64,000 bases of DNA from Anaerovoracaceae bacterium. GTDB taxonomy: Bacteria; Bacillota; Clostridia; Peptostreptococcales; Anaerovoracaceae. Position numbers and translations under genes: made by a program. A model generated the notes under the pieces. That model was not told where the DNA came from. It was given only the letters and a program-made list of their open reading frames with translations, and searched no databases. Every line of letters starts with the position of its first letter. The first letter of the stretch is position 1. Shown one piece after another: positions 10,532 through 19,481 of this stretch. The DNA lies in NCBI GenBank assembly GCA_029983755.1, contig JASBYX010000002.1:5188-69187 (forward strand), written 5' to 3'.

Positions 10532-11962
10532 TTATACCCTAATTTCTGAAGTTATTCCAAGGGAATCGGAATTTTCTTCTAAAATTGGGTTAATGATATC
10601 ATTTAGAAAATCTAAAGTCTGCTCCTTTGCCCTACCGATGTAGTTTTCAGGCTTTATTATCCTCTTCAAATCCTCATCGCTAACATTAAAGGCAGGATCA
10701 TTGGCAATCCTGTGGAGAAGGTCGTTAGGCTTACCCTCTTCTTTGACAGTTTTAGCAGCAGCCATGGAATGAGTTCTGATGAGTTCATGAAGCTCCTGCC
10801 TGTCACCTCCTGCCTTAACAGCATCCATCATAATATTCTCTGTAGCCATGAAAGGCAGTTCTGCCATGAGCTGTGCCTCTATAACCTTAGGGTATACCAC
10901 AAGGCCATCAGCGATATTGTTATAAAGTTCCAAGATTCCATCTGTAGCAAGGAATGCCTCAGGTACAGAAAGCCTCTTGTTGGCGGAATCATCAAGAGTA
11001 CGCTCAAACCACTGGGTGGCAGCTGTAATGGCGGGATTCGTGTTGTTTATAATAACGTAATTAGCAAGAGCAGCCATTCTCTCTGAACGCATAGGATTTC
11101 TCTTATACGCCATGGCGGATGACCCAATCTGATCCTTCTCAAAAGGTTCCTCAACTTGCTTCATATGCTGAAGAAGCCTGATATCGTTGCTGAACTTATG
11201 AGCAGATTGAGCGATGCCGGCCAGCACATTCAAGACTCTGCTGTCAACCTTTCTGGAGTAAGTCTGCCCCGAAACCGCATAGCAAGCCGTAAAGCCCATC
11301 TTCTCAGCTATTTTGTTGTCAAGCTCCTTGCACTTTTCGTGGTCACCCTCAAAGAGTTCAAGGAAGCTGGCCTGTGTACCGGTCGTCCCCTTGGAACCAA
11401 GCAATTTCAAACTTCCGAGCACATAGTCCAAATCCTCAAGATCTAGGAGAAGCTCATTCAGCCAAAGAGTGGCACGCTTTCCCACTGTGGTCGGTTGAGC
11501 AGCCTGGTAGTGTGTGTATGCAAGAGTAGGGAGATCTGCGTATTCTTCAGCGAATTTGGCAAGACTTGACATTGCGTTTAAAAGTTTCTTCCTGACCAGA
11601 CGAAGCCCCTCTGCCATGAGAATAATATCCGTGTTGTCTCCAACGTAGCAGGAAGTCGCCCCAAGGTGAATTATCCCCTTAGCCTTAGGACACTGAAGAC
11701 CATAGGCATAAACGTGAGCCATAACATCGTGTCTAACCTGCTTTTCTCGCTCTTTGGCAGCCTCAAAATTGATGTCGTTTCTGTGAGATTTCAGCTCCTC
11801 AATCTGCTCCCGGGTTATCGGAAGGCCAAGCTCCATCTCCGCCTCGGCCAGGGCGATCCATAGACTGCGCCAAGTTCTGAACTTAGTCAGGGGCGAAAAA
11901 AGCTCTTTCATCTCTTTGCCGGCGTATCGCTCGGACAGCGGACTAACATAAAATTCGTTCAT
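10532..11962 (-). CDS. purB: Adenylosuccinate lyase
   Basis: RHDVMAH, IHLGATS, GSSAMAYKRNP, ERTLDDSA. Confidence 0.96.
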   Translation of the reverse strand: MNEFYVSPLSERYAGKEMKELFSPLTKFRTWRSLWIALAEAEMELGLPITREQIEELKSHRNDINFEAAKEREKQVRHDVMAHVYAYGLQCPKAKGIIHLGATSCYVGDNTDIILMAEGLRLVRKKLLNAMSSLAKFAEEYADLPTLAYTHYQAAQPTTVGKRATLWLNELLLDLEDLDYVLGSLKLLGSKGTTGTQASFLELFEGDHEKCKELDNKIAEKMGFTACYAVSGQTYSRKVDSRVLNVLAGIAQSAHKFSNDIRLLQHMKQVEEPFEKDQIGSSAMAYKRNPMRSERMAALANYVIINNTNPAITAATQWFERTLDDSANKRLSVPEAFLATDGILELYNNIADGLVVYPKVIEAQLMAELPFMATENIMMDAVKAGGDRQELHELIRTHSMAAAKTVKEEGKPNDLLHRIANDPAFNVSDEDLKRIIKPENYIGRAKEQTLDFLNDIINPILEENSDSLGITSEIRV

Positions 11963-12067
11963 TTCAATCTCCCTTTATCTCATTTTTGTACATTTATTTT
12001 ATACCACAAAACAGCTGTTTTTTCAAGGTTTCGGCGCCTCTTGAGGCGAAGGGTTATGGCAAAATAA

Positions 12068-12113
12068 AAGAACCGAGACAAGCCATGTGATAAGGGCTAA
12101 TTTCTCGGTTCTT
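12068..12113 (-). terminator. Stem-loop, probable terminator downstream of the small nrdD-like gene
   Basis: AAGAACCGAGA ... TCTCGGTTCTT with inner AGCC/GGCT; T-rich tail on minus strand. Confidence 0.6.
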
Positions 12114-12252
12114 AAATTTCTAACAAAGCAAAATTTTAAGAGTATTCCTATCGTCTCTTATGTTACTGTATTTCTGTCGCTATCTCTCTGTTTCTGTTGA
12201 TCTCTCGCTCTGTCTCTGCCTCTCTTGCTTTCAACCGGTCTTTGCTTGATTC

Positions 12253-12543
12253 CTACAGATTAGCTACCATATCACAGCAGCAGATTCCGTGCTTAACTCT
12301 TGCAGCTTCCTCAGCGGACTTAGCATCGTTCCAGTTGTCCATGGTTCCTACCAGATAACCGGTAATCCTTCTGATTCTCTCAAAGTCAACAGGAGCAAAA
12401 GTATAACTCAGATCAGCGTGATCTCCATCAAGATTGATTTTGAGTGAGTCAAGCTTTCTTCCATGTTTCTCTTCCAAATATTCTACATACTTAGCAGCTT
12501 CAGCTGCGGATGCGTTTCCTGTAATCTTAACGTTCATCCCCAT
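12253..12543 (-). CDS. Stand-alone class III ribonucleotide reductase (NrdD) C-terminal glycyl-radical domain protein
   Basis: RIRRITGYLVG..WNDAKSAEEAARVKH matches NrdD Gly loop; RBS AGGAGG; only 96 aa. Confidence 0.85.
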   Translation of the reverse strand: MGMNVKITGNASAAEAAKYVEYLEEKHGRKLDSLKINLDGDHADLSYTFAPVDFERIRRITGYLVGTMDNWNDAKSAEEAARVKHGICCCDMVANL

Positions 12544-12642
12544 ACCTCCTAATTAATAAATCTAGTATAATTGCTGTAAAAAGACTATACCCGAATTATA
12601 TCACATCGAAACAAGATATGGTAGATATTTTTTGAAAAAATT

Positions 12643-13992
12643 TTAAAAACTACTTTTACTTGTGGTAGTCCATACTCCCATTTTCTCGGCTTCAGCCACC
12701 AGAGAGTCCTGAAAATCAGGGTGTGCAATGCTTATGAGAAGTTCTGCTCTTTCCCAGGTAGACTTACCTTTCAGGTTAACGGCTCCGAATTCAGTCACAA
12801 CATAGTGTGTGCAGGAACGAGGTGTAGTGACTATGTACCCCGGCTTCATGGCAGCCGTTATCAGAGAAATTCTTTCACCGTTCAAAACCTTAGTTGAAGG
12901 AGTGCAGATGAAACTCTGCCCACCGTTTGAATGATAAGCACCTTGAACAAAGTCAAGCTGTCCTCCCGTACCAGAAATGTGCTTAAAGTTAGAGGACTCG
13001 GAACAGACTTGGCCATAAAGGTCGAGAATTATACAACTGTTAACGGACACAAAATTATCCATGCTAGCTATGATTCCCTGATTGTTAACGTAATCCACAG
13101 GAGCACAGTAGCACAGGGAGTTGTCATCGATAAAATCATACAGCTCCTGAGTTCCTCCGGCAAAAGCGTAAACGAGCTTACCGTTGTTAAGCTTCTTGGT
13201 GCTCGTCAATTTACCGGCCTTGAATAGTTCCAGATAACCGTCCACCAGCATTTCCGTGTGTCCGGAAAGGTTTTGAATATCTGAATCGGCGATGAGCTTG
13301 CCTATGGTTGAAGGAAGAGCACCGATCCCAAGCTGCAGTGTGCTGTCATCTCTGATTTTTTCAACTACAAACTTAGCAATCTTCTCATCTGTTTCTGTTG
13401 TGGCACCGTTTGGAATAGTAGCCATAGGCTGATTGGAACTCTCCACCACGTAGTCAACGTGGGCAAGATTGATCTTGTTGTTAATCCCAAGAGCCTTTGG
13501 CATATTTTCGTTCACCTCTAAGATAACCATCTTAGCAGAACGTACAACACCCCATATATCTGAAACTTGCGGTCCTAGATTAAAGAAACCATACTCATCC
13601 ATAGGTCCTACGGAAAGCATTGCGATATCAATATTACAATCATTGTGCTCCCAATAAGAGGGGAGCTCGTTAAAGTTCATTGGAATATACCAGCATCGCC
13701 CGTCGTTGGCCATCTTCCTGTCTGCACCTGTAAAATGTGCTGATGCAAAACGGAAGTGATCCGCCGGATATCCTGCTTTATAAACTTCCCACGGGGCATG
13801 AATGGCAACGGTTGAGAGAATTTCAACTCCCCTAAGATCGTCCCTCTTTGCCAAAGCAGCATCGAGGTCATTCACGGCACCGATTCCAAGACCGAAGTGA
13901 ACCCTCATATTATTTTCGACCAAAGCTGCAGCCTGGTCGGCCGTTATAACCTTCTTCTTGTAATTATCTTTAATCTCCTCTAGTCTATACAT
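12643..13992 (-). CDS. Acetyl-CoA hydrolase/transferase family CoA transferase (butyryl-CoA:acetate CoA-transferase-like)
   Basis: LQLGIG, HTEM, ISGTGGQLDF, VVTEFG, IAHPDF. Confidence 0.88.
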   Translation of the reverse strand: MYRLEEIKDNYKKKVITADQAAALVENNMRVHFGLGIGAVNDLDAALAKRDDLRGVEILSTVAIHAPWEVYKAGYPADHFRFASAHFTGADRKMANDGRCWYIPMNFNELPSYWEHNDCNIDIAMLSVGPMDEYGFFNLGPQVSDIWGVVRSAKMVILEVNENMPKALGINNKINLAHVDYVVESSNQPMATIPNGATTETDEKIAKFVVEKIRDDSTLQLGIGALPSTIGKLIADSDIQNLSGHTEMLVDGYLELFKAGKLTSTKKLNNGKLVYAFAGGTQELYDFIDDNSLCYCAPVDYVNNQGIIASMDNFVSVNSCIILDLYGQVCSESSNFKHISGTGGQLDFVQGAYHSNGGQSFICTPSTKVLNGERISLITAAMKPGYIVTTPRSCTHYVVTEFGAVNLKGKSTWERAELLISIAHPDFQDSLVAEAEKMGVWTTTSKSSF

Positions 13993-14027
13993 TTCAGATC
14001 CTCACAATCATAAAAGTTAGATAGGGA

Positions 14028-14087
14028 TTGCCAACAAATTAACAATCGCCTGACTGTATTTTACTACAACCAGGCGACACATTCAAG
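14028..14087 (-). promoter_or_regulatory. Sigma-A promoter of CoA transferase with downstream Rex-like box
   Basis: Minus strand TTGAAT-17-TAAAAT; TTGTTAA-TTTG-TTGGCAA at 14028-14045. Confidence 0.5.
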
Positions 14088-14103
14088 ATTTTTTATAAAT
14101 TAT

Positions 14104-14556
14104 TTATGGTAGATATTTGAGAATTCTTTCAATACGATTGTGCAAAATAGTGAAGTATCCGAAGGCACGGAACACTCTCAGGAGCATAGTAATCTTAGTG
14201 ATTTTCAGAAGAGAAGCACCGCTCCATGTGCTTACTGCAGGCATCACCGTTGTCAGCCACACTATAGGGATAATAGAGATTAGCCCGACAAAGTGGCAAA
14301 CGAAGAACTCTCTTTTGTCGTCGGCTTTCTCAAAGGCAGAAATGTAATCAGCCCAAAGGATAACCAAGATTGCAGAGTCGATCTCCACATATGGGGAATG
14401 TTTGAAACTGAGCACCGTAAAGTAGTCGAGACAGACCATGATGACAGATATGATTGCGCACATTCCAACGAAAACCTCATAAGCAATTTCCCACTTGCTC
14501 ATTTTGCTTTCGTCAAGATCTGCTCCGATTATGTGTTTGATTTGACTGTAATCCAT
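14104..14556 (-). CDS. Ion-transport-family S1-S4 (voltage-sensor-like) membrane protein lacking pore domain
   Basis: Four hydrophobic segments; LVILWADY, LISIIP, S4-like KITKITMLLRVFR; ends shortly after S4. Confidence 0.6.
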   Translation of the reverse strand: MDYSQIKHIIGADLDESKMSKWEIAYEVFVGMCAIISVIMVCLDYFTVLSFKHSPYVEIDSAILVILWADYISAFEKADDKREFFVCHFVGLISIIPIVWLTTVMPAVSTWSGASLLKITKITMLLRVFRAFGYFTILHNRIERILKYLP

Positions 14557-14683
14557 AATCCTCCCCGTTGCAATTTGCGGTTTGTCTGTATTTTGAGCCT
14601 ACGCACACTGAGGCTTATCGCCGGTTTCGTCTGAGAGCCCTGTGACTTGCTACTGTTTTGTGCCCGTGGCAAACTCAGCTTTC

Positions 14684-16276
14684 TCAAATCAGCTTTGATG
14701 TATCCAAAAAGTCGAATTTATCCAAAACCGGTTTCACATATCCTAGAATTTCGTCAACTCCACCGGTTGTACTGCTTTCAACATTCAGCGGCATTATAGG
14801 ATCGTGGAGAGACATTCTGAGAAGAAGCCAGCCCTTAGGGAATTGTACCCTGACACCCTCAAAATTAGGCTTCTCGAGCTTTGCTCCGTGGGCCTTACCG
14901 TCGTTTTCGGCCCAGTCCTCCAATGCCTTTAGAACAGCATCACCTTTTTCTTTGAGGGAAGAACCCTTAGGAAGATTCTCGTCGGAGGATTCAGCATTCA
15001 AGACAGGTAGCCTGATTTCTCTAGATTCTGCAGGTTCCGCAAGCTCGGAAATGAGGCTGGAAATTCCCTTATCTTCTCTCTTGAGTCTGGCTGCCTCTAT
15101 GACAATCTTTGTAGCAAGGAAGGCACCGTCATCAAGGAAATAATTCTCTTTAAAGGCTGCATGGCCTGAGGTTTCAATTGCCAGCGGAGAATCTTTTCCC
15201 TCCGCCTCAAGCTCCTTTGCCTTATCTATGACATTCTTATAGCCCCTCTTGTACCTGTAGTGCTTGAGGTTCAGCTTATCCTCAAGGAACTCTGTGAGCT
15301 CAGGGCTTGTAATGCTGTCTGTAACAACGTATGAAGCAGGGTGCGCCTTGTAAATCAAGGAAGCTGCTAAAGCTATAATCCCGTTTCTTGCAATGAGGTT
15401 GCCCTTTTCATCTATGGCAGCGACTCTGTCAACGTCAGTATCAAAGACTAGAGCAAGGTCTGCTGAAGTTTCCTTAACCTTTGCGATGATATCGTCAGTT
15501 GCTCCTTCCTTTTCAGGATTTGGAATGTGATTTGGGAAGTTCCCGTCAGGCTCAAGGTATAGGCTGCCGTCAATTACAGCACCAAGGGGTTCAAGCACGC
15601 GAGTTGCATAAAACCCTCCCACTCCGTTTCCGGCATCAACAAGAATCTTCATCCCCTTGAGAGGAGCATCCTTCTTGTTTAGACCAACAGAAATTTGCTT
15701 CTTCAAAACCTCACAGTAATGGCTCAAAAGATCCATGTGCTCTATAGGCTGAATGGTGAAGGCTCCTTGCTGATGGTGCATTTCGTTCTCATATAGGTTT
15801 GAAGAAATCCCTTTCCCATCAGCTCTCTGATGGGCTATTTCCAGTATCTTTGTGATGGTATCTTTGCTCACACCTCCGCTTGCCGAAAAGAATTTAAAGC
15901 CATTTCTGTTCTTTGGAAGGTGGCTTGCCGTAACCATTATAGCTCCATGGCAGTTAAAGTGTTCAAGCTTTGTGGACATGAACATTGCCGGAGTGGAAGC
16001 AAGACCCGTATCGAGGGCCATTACCCCAAGCTGCTGAAGTGTTTTGCACACTACTTTTGAAATGTGTTCCCCGGAAAGCCTTGAATCTCTCCCCACGGAA
16101 ACTCTAAGATCCGTCATCGGAGAGTTTAATTTGTTAGACAAGAGGTATATAAATCCTGTTATTGTGTTTTCAATCGCCTCGTCTGTGAGGTTGACTTCCT
16201 CTCCGGGAACCCCTTCCATGGCAACGCCTCTTATGTCGCTGCCGTTCTGAAGGGACATGTAGTTTACTTTGCTCAT
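14684..16276 (-). CDS. Phosphomannomutase/phosphoglucomutase
   Basis: GSDIRG, TASH phosphoserine motif, FDTDVDR, ETSGH. Confidence 0.93.
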   Translation of the reverse strand: MSKVNYMSLQNGSDIRGVAMEGVPGEEVNLTDEAIENTITGFIYLLSNKLNSPMTDLRVSVGRDSRLSGEHISKVVCKTLQQLGVMALDTGLASTPAMFMSTKLEHFNCHGAIMVTASHLPKNRNGFKFFSASGGVSKDTITKILEIAHQRADGKGISSNLYENEMHHQQGAFTIQPIEHMDLLSHYCEVLKKQISVGLNKKDAPLKGMKILVDAGNGVGGFYATRVLEPLGAVIDGSLYLEPDGNFPNHIPNPEKEGATDDIIAKVKETSADLALVFDTDVDRVAAIDEKGNLIARNGIIALAASLIYKAHPASYVVTDSITSPELTEFLEDKLNLKHYRYKRGYKNVIDKAKELEAEGKDSPLAIETSGHAAFKENYFLDDGAFLATKIVIEAARLKREDKGISSLISELAEPAESREIRLPVLNAESSDENLPKGSSLKEKGDAVLKALEDWAENDGKAHGAKLEKPNFEGVRVQFPKGWLLLRMSLHDPIMPLNVESSTTGGVDEILGYVKPVLDKFDFLDTSKLI

Positions 16277-16567
16277 GATGTTCTCCTTTTTGGTTTAAAG
16301 GCGGTACGGGAGCCGGCCGAACAAATCCCGGGATGTTTGAGAATGGCACTGATCCGCTCATCCGTTAGGAGGATAAAATAGCCGGGGCAACCGTAATCGT
16401 TTGTTGTATTGTCTTTGTTACTTTAAATCATAGTTGAAATCGGGCTTCGTGTCAACAAAATAAAGGCGTGAAGGGGGACAATAAACGGGAGAATATGCAT
16501 TGAAAAATTTGACGATAATAGTATAATGTAATATATATTGAAAAGATTTCGAAAAGGGGGTATATCA

Positions 16568-17380
16568 GTGCCGAGAGAAACGAGTCAAACAAGGAAAGAA
16601 AATCGAGCCGGCAGCCAAGGGGCAAAAGGGAGCAGAACAAATAGAGGCAACAACAAAGGCAATAAAAAGAAAAGGACCTTTTATAATATAATAATTGTAA
16701 TCCTGTTGATAGTCATTGCATTCAGCCTATTTCAGATAGGAAAAATACTTTGGGGATACTATCATAGCAGCAAGACCTATGCAAATATAGCGGAGATTGC
16801 AGGGGTGGAATCGGAGAAAGATGATAAGGTAAATTTTGATGAGCTTCTAAAGCAAAACCCTGATACCAAGGCATGGATTAAGCGGGAAGATATAGGGTTA
16901 AACTATCCTGTAATGCAGGCAAAGGATAACGACTATTACCTGTACAGACTATTCAACGGGGAATACAGCAAAAATGGCTCTTTGTTCATTGATTATAGAA
17001 ACGAGAACCCGTTCAAGGACTTTTTGACTATCATATACGGTCACCATATGAAGGATGGATCCATGTTCGCCCCAATAATGAAGTACAGGGCACAGGATTT
17101 TTATGACAAGCATAAGAAGTTGCATTTCTACACGCCGGAGCAGAACTATAATCTCGTAATCGTTGCAGCGGCCTATATTGATGCTTCGGCTTCCCAGTAT
17201 AAGTTCTATTTTAACGAGGCGGAGAAGGCGAGCTATGTTGAATGGCTCAAATCCCATTCGGTAATCGACACAGGGGAGGAAATTACCACCGAGGATCATC
17301 TCGTGATGTTAAGCACCTGTGTAGATGCAAGCTCCGACAATAGATTCGTGGTTTATGGAAAGCTCGTTCCTAAGAAATAG
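16568..17380 (+). CDS. srtB: Class B sortase
   Basis: GTG start after GGGGG; N-terminal TM; YPVMQ..DNDYYL, IYGHHMKDGSMF, LSTC, RFVVYG. Confidence 0.9.
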   Translation: MPRETSQTRKENRAGSQGAKGSRTNRGNNKGNKKKRTFYNIIIVILLIVIAFSLFQIGKILWGYYHSSKTYANIAEIAGVESEKDDKVNFDELLKQNPDTKAWIKREDIGLNYPVMQAKDNDYYLYRLFNGEYSKNGSLFIDYRNENPFKDFLTIIYGHHMKDGSMFAPIMKYRAQDFYDKHKKLHFYTPEQNYNLVIVAAAYIDASASQYKFYFNEAEKASYVEWLKSHSVIDTGEEITTEDHLVMLSTCVDASSDNRFVVYGKLVPKK

Positions 17381-17453
17381 GTAAGGCAGAGCTTTAGGGT
17401 AAATCCGTTGTAGGCAAACGGCTTTATACGCATTCAACAAAATAGCTATTTGC

Positions 17454-17488
17454 AGGGCATCTCTTTATAAGAAGGGGGTGCTCTTTTT
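17454..17488 (+). terminator. Intrinsic terminator after srtB
   Basis: AGGGCATCTCT ... GGGGGTGCTCT (with G-U pairs) followed by T-run. Confidence 0.65.
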
Positions 17489-17604
17489 CGTGGGGTTAAA
17501 TATGTTCAGAGGCTACAAAGATTTTTATAATTACAAATTTTATAAATTATCAAAAAAACTAAAAACTTCAAAGCTAAAAACTTCTATTGCAAAGAGTTTT
17601 GCAA

Positions 17605-17642
17605 TGTGATATATTTATCTCATAAGTTAGAAATAAATCACA
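17605..17642 (+). promoter_or_regulatory. Two TGTGA-N8-TCACA-like boxes (probable XRE operators)
   Basis: TGTGATATATTTATCTCA (17605) and AGTTAGAAATAAATCACA (17625) upstream of the membrane protein/XRE pair. Confidence 0.4.
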
Positions 17643-17665
17643 TATATTAGAGTGGGAGGAATGAA

Positions 17666-18136
17666 ATGAAAAAGGAAATTAAAGTAAAGCAAAGTCTAAT
17701 GTATCATTATGAATTAGAAGGCATCGGGCTATGCATTCTTGCTATAGCGTTCGTGGTAAAATTGATTGTAATAGAAAATGTACATTCAGAAAGCATGGAC
17801 TTTTTTCATTCAGTACTATTGACAATTAGCACCGCTATGTCGATGTTTTGTGGTTTTATGGTTTACTCAAGAAAACACGAAAAAATGGACGAAATGGCAA
17901 AGGAAAACTATAGAGATGCGAAAGCGTATGCTAATAAGATTACTATGAATCTTTTATTGTTATGCTTAGTAGTGTTTTTTCTCTTAGAAATACTTAAGTT
18001 TAAATCAACGCTACCGCTGGGCTTCACTAGGAACAATTCTGCATGGATAGAAATAGCACTTGTTTTAATATTATCTATACTAGGAATCAACAACATTATA
18101 ATCTGGCACAAGTTCGCTAGCTTAGAAAAGGAATAA
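17666..18136 (+). CDS. Four-TM membrane protein
   Basis: Hydrophobic helices with EKMDEMAKEN motif typical of XRE-adjacent membrane proteins; RBS GGAGG. Confidence 0.75.
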   Translation: MKKEIKVKQSLMYHYELEGIGLCILAIAFVVKLIVIENVHSESMDFFHSVLLTISTAMSMFCGFMVYSRKHEKMDEMAKENYRDAKAYANKITMNLLLLCLVVFFLLEILKFKSTLPLGFTRNNSAWIEIALVLILSILGINNIIIWHKFASLEKE

Positions 18137-18145
18137 AGGTTCATC

Positions 18146-18352
18146 ATGTCAAAGCTAAAAACGAGGATGTATGAATATCGAAAAGAGATGAACCTCCAGC
18201 AGGCGGAATTGGCAGACCTTGTGGGAGTGCGAAGAGAAACTATAGGGAAGCTGGAAAACGGTAAATACAATCCCTCCCTTAAACTTGCAATGGATATTTC
18301 AAAGGTATTTGGGAAATCCGTAGAGGAAGTATTCCGTTTTGAAGAGGAGTGA
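18146..18352 (+). CDS. XRE-family helix-turn-helix regulator
   Basis: [31 protein letters not shown]. Confidence 0.92.
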   Translation: MSKLKTRMYEYRKEMNLQQAELADLVGVRRETIGKLENGKYNPSLKLAMDISKVFGKSVEEVFRFEEE

Positions 18353-18356
18353 AATC

Positions 18357-19394
18357 ATGTCTTTTAAGATAGTTCGAAATGACATCACCAAAATGAAAGT
18401 GGATGCAATAGTCAATACGGCCAATCCTGAACCTGTAGTTGGATATGGTCTCGATCAAGGCATTCATCAAAAATCGGGGCCGGAACTTTTGAAAGCCCGG
18501 CAAAAAATCGGGGAAATCAAGATAGGTCAAGCAGCTATAACACCGGCCTTTGGATTGGATGCTAAGTTTGTCATTCACGCTGTGGGCCCTGTTTGGCAAG
18601 GAGGAACGAGTGACGAAGAAAAGCATCTTAGGGATACTTACTTAAATATTCTTAAATTAGCAACAAAATACCATTGCATGTCCGTTGCCCTTCCGTTGAT
18701 GTCCACAGGCAACTACGGCTTTCCCAAATCCAAAGCTCTTAAAATAGCTGTGGAAGTTATAAGGAACTTCTTGAGGGATAATGATACAGAGATTTATCTG
18801 GTTATTTTCGGGAAAGAGGAAATGTTATTGTCAGAGAAATTGTTCTCTGAGGTTAGAAGTTATATTGACGAAAATTATGTAAAAGAGAAATTCAAGGAAG
18901 AGTACAAAACCGAAAGACCTACAGAATTAAGGGATGTATCAGGTCAAATTAGTCGGTATAATCTTTTGGGTGAAGCAAATCATTCATATGAGCAATTTAC
19001 ATTAAAAGAGCCACTTGCGATAGACGAAGGAAGTATTGCGAAGCTACTTGATAATCTCGATGCTAGCTTTTCGGAGACTTTACTTAAGCTCATTGATAAA
19101 ACAGGTAAAAAAGATTCAGAAATATACAAAAAAGCAAATGTAGATCGCAAGCTTTTCTCTAAGATAAGGACAAATAAAGATTATAGGCCAACAAAGAAAA
19201 CAGCTATAGCTTTTGCCTTAGCCCTTGAGCTAGACATTAAGGAAACCGAAGAGCTAATATCTAGAGCTGGATATACCCTGTCCCACAGCAATAAATTTGA
19301 TATTATTGTTGAATATTTTATCCTCCATAGAAATTATGATATCTACGAACTAAATGAAGTGCTTTTTACATTCGACCAACCTATCATAGGATAA
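18357..19394 (+). CDS. Macro domain (ADP-ribose binding) protein with C-terminal HTH-like domain
   Basis: NDITKMKVDAIVNTAN, VIHAVGP, PLMSTGNYGFP; C-terminal DSEIYKKANVDRKLFSKIR; RBS GAGGAG. Confidence 0.88.
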   Translation: MSFKIVRNDITKMKVDAIVNTANPEPVVGYGLDQGIHQKSGPELLKARQKIGEIKIGQAAITPAFGLDAKFVIHAVGPVWQGGTSDEEKHLRDTYLNILKLATKYHCMSVALPLMSTGNYGFPKSKALKIAVEVIRNFLRDNDTEIYLVIFGKEEMLLSEKLFSEVRSYIDENYVKEKFKEEYKTERPTELRDVSGQISRYNLLGEANHSYEQFTLKEPLAIDEGSIAKLLDNLDASFSETLLKLIDKTGKKDSEIYKKANVDRKLFSKIRTNKDYRPTKKTAIAFALALELDIKETEELISRAGYTLSHSNKFDIIVEYFILHRNYDIYELNEVLFTFDQPIIG

Positions 19395-19407
19395 AATACA
19401 AATAAAT

Positions 19408-19424
19408 GTCGCTTTGAAAGCGAC
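19408..19424. promoter_or_regulatory. Perfect palindrome upstream of VWA gene (candidate operator)
   Basis: GTCGCTTT-G-AAAGCGAC, no T-tail. Confidence 0.5.
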
Positions 19425-19481
19425 CAACCTAGTTCCAAGTCTCCATATAATAAAGAAAAAGAAATTTTGGAGGGAACTGAA

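Noticed and set aside
12150..12250. CT-rich tract as a functional element
   Set aside because: Low-complexity sequence with no consistent unit or structure.
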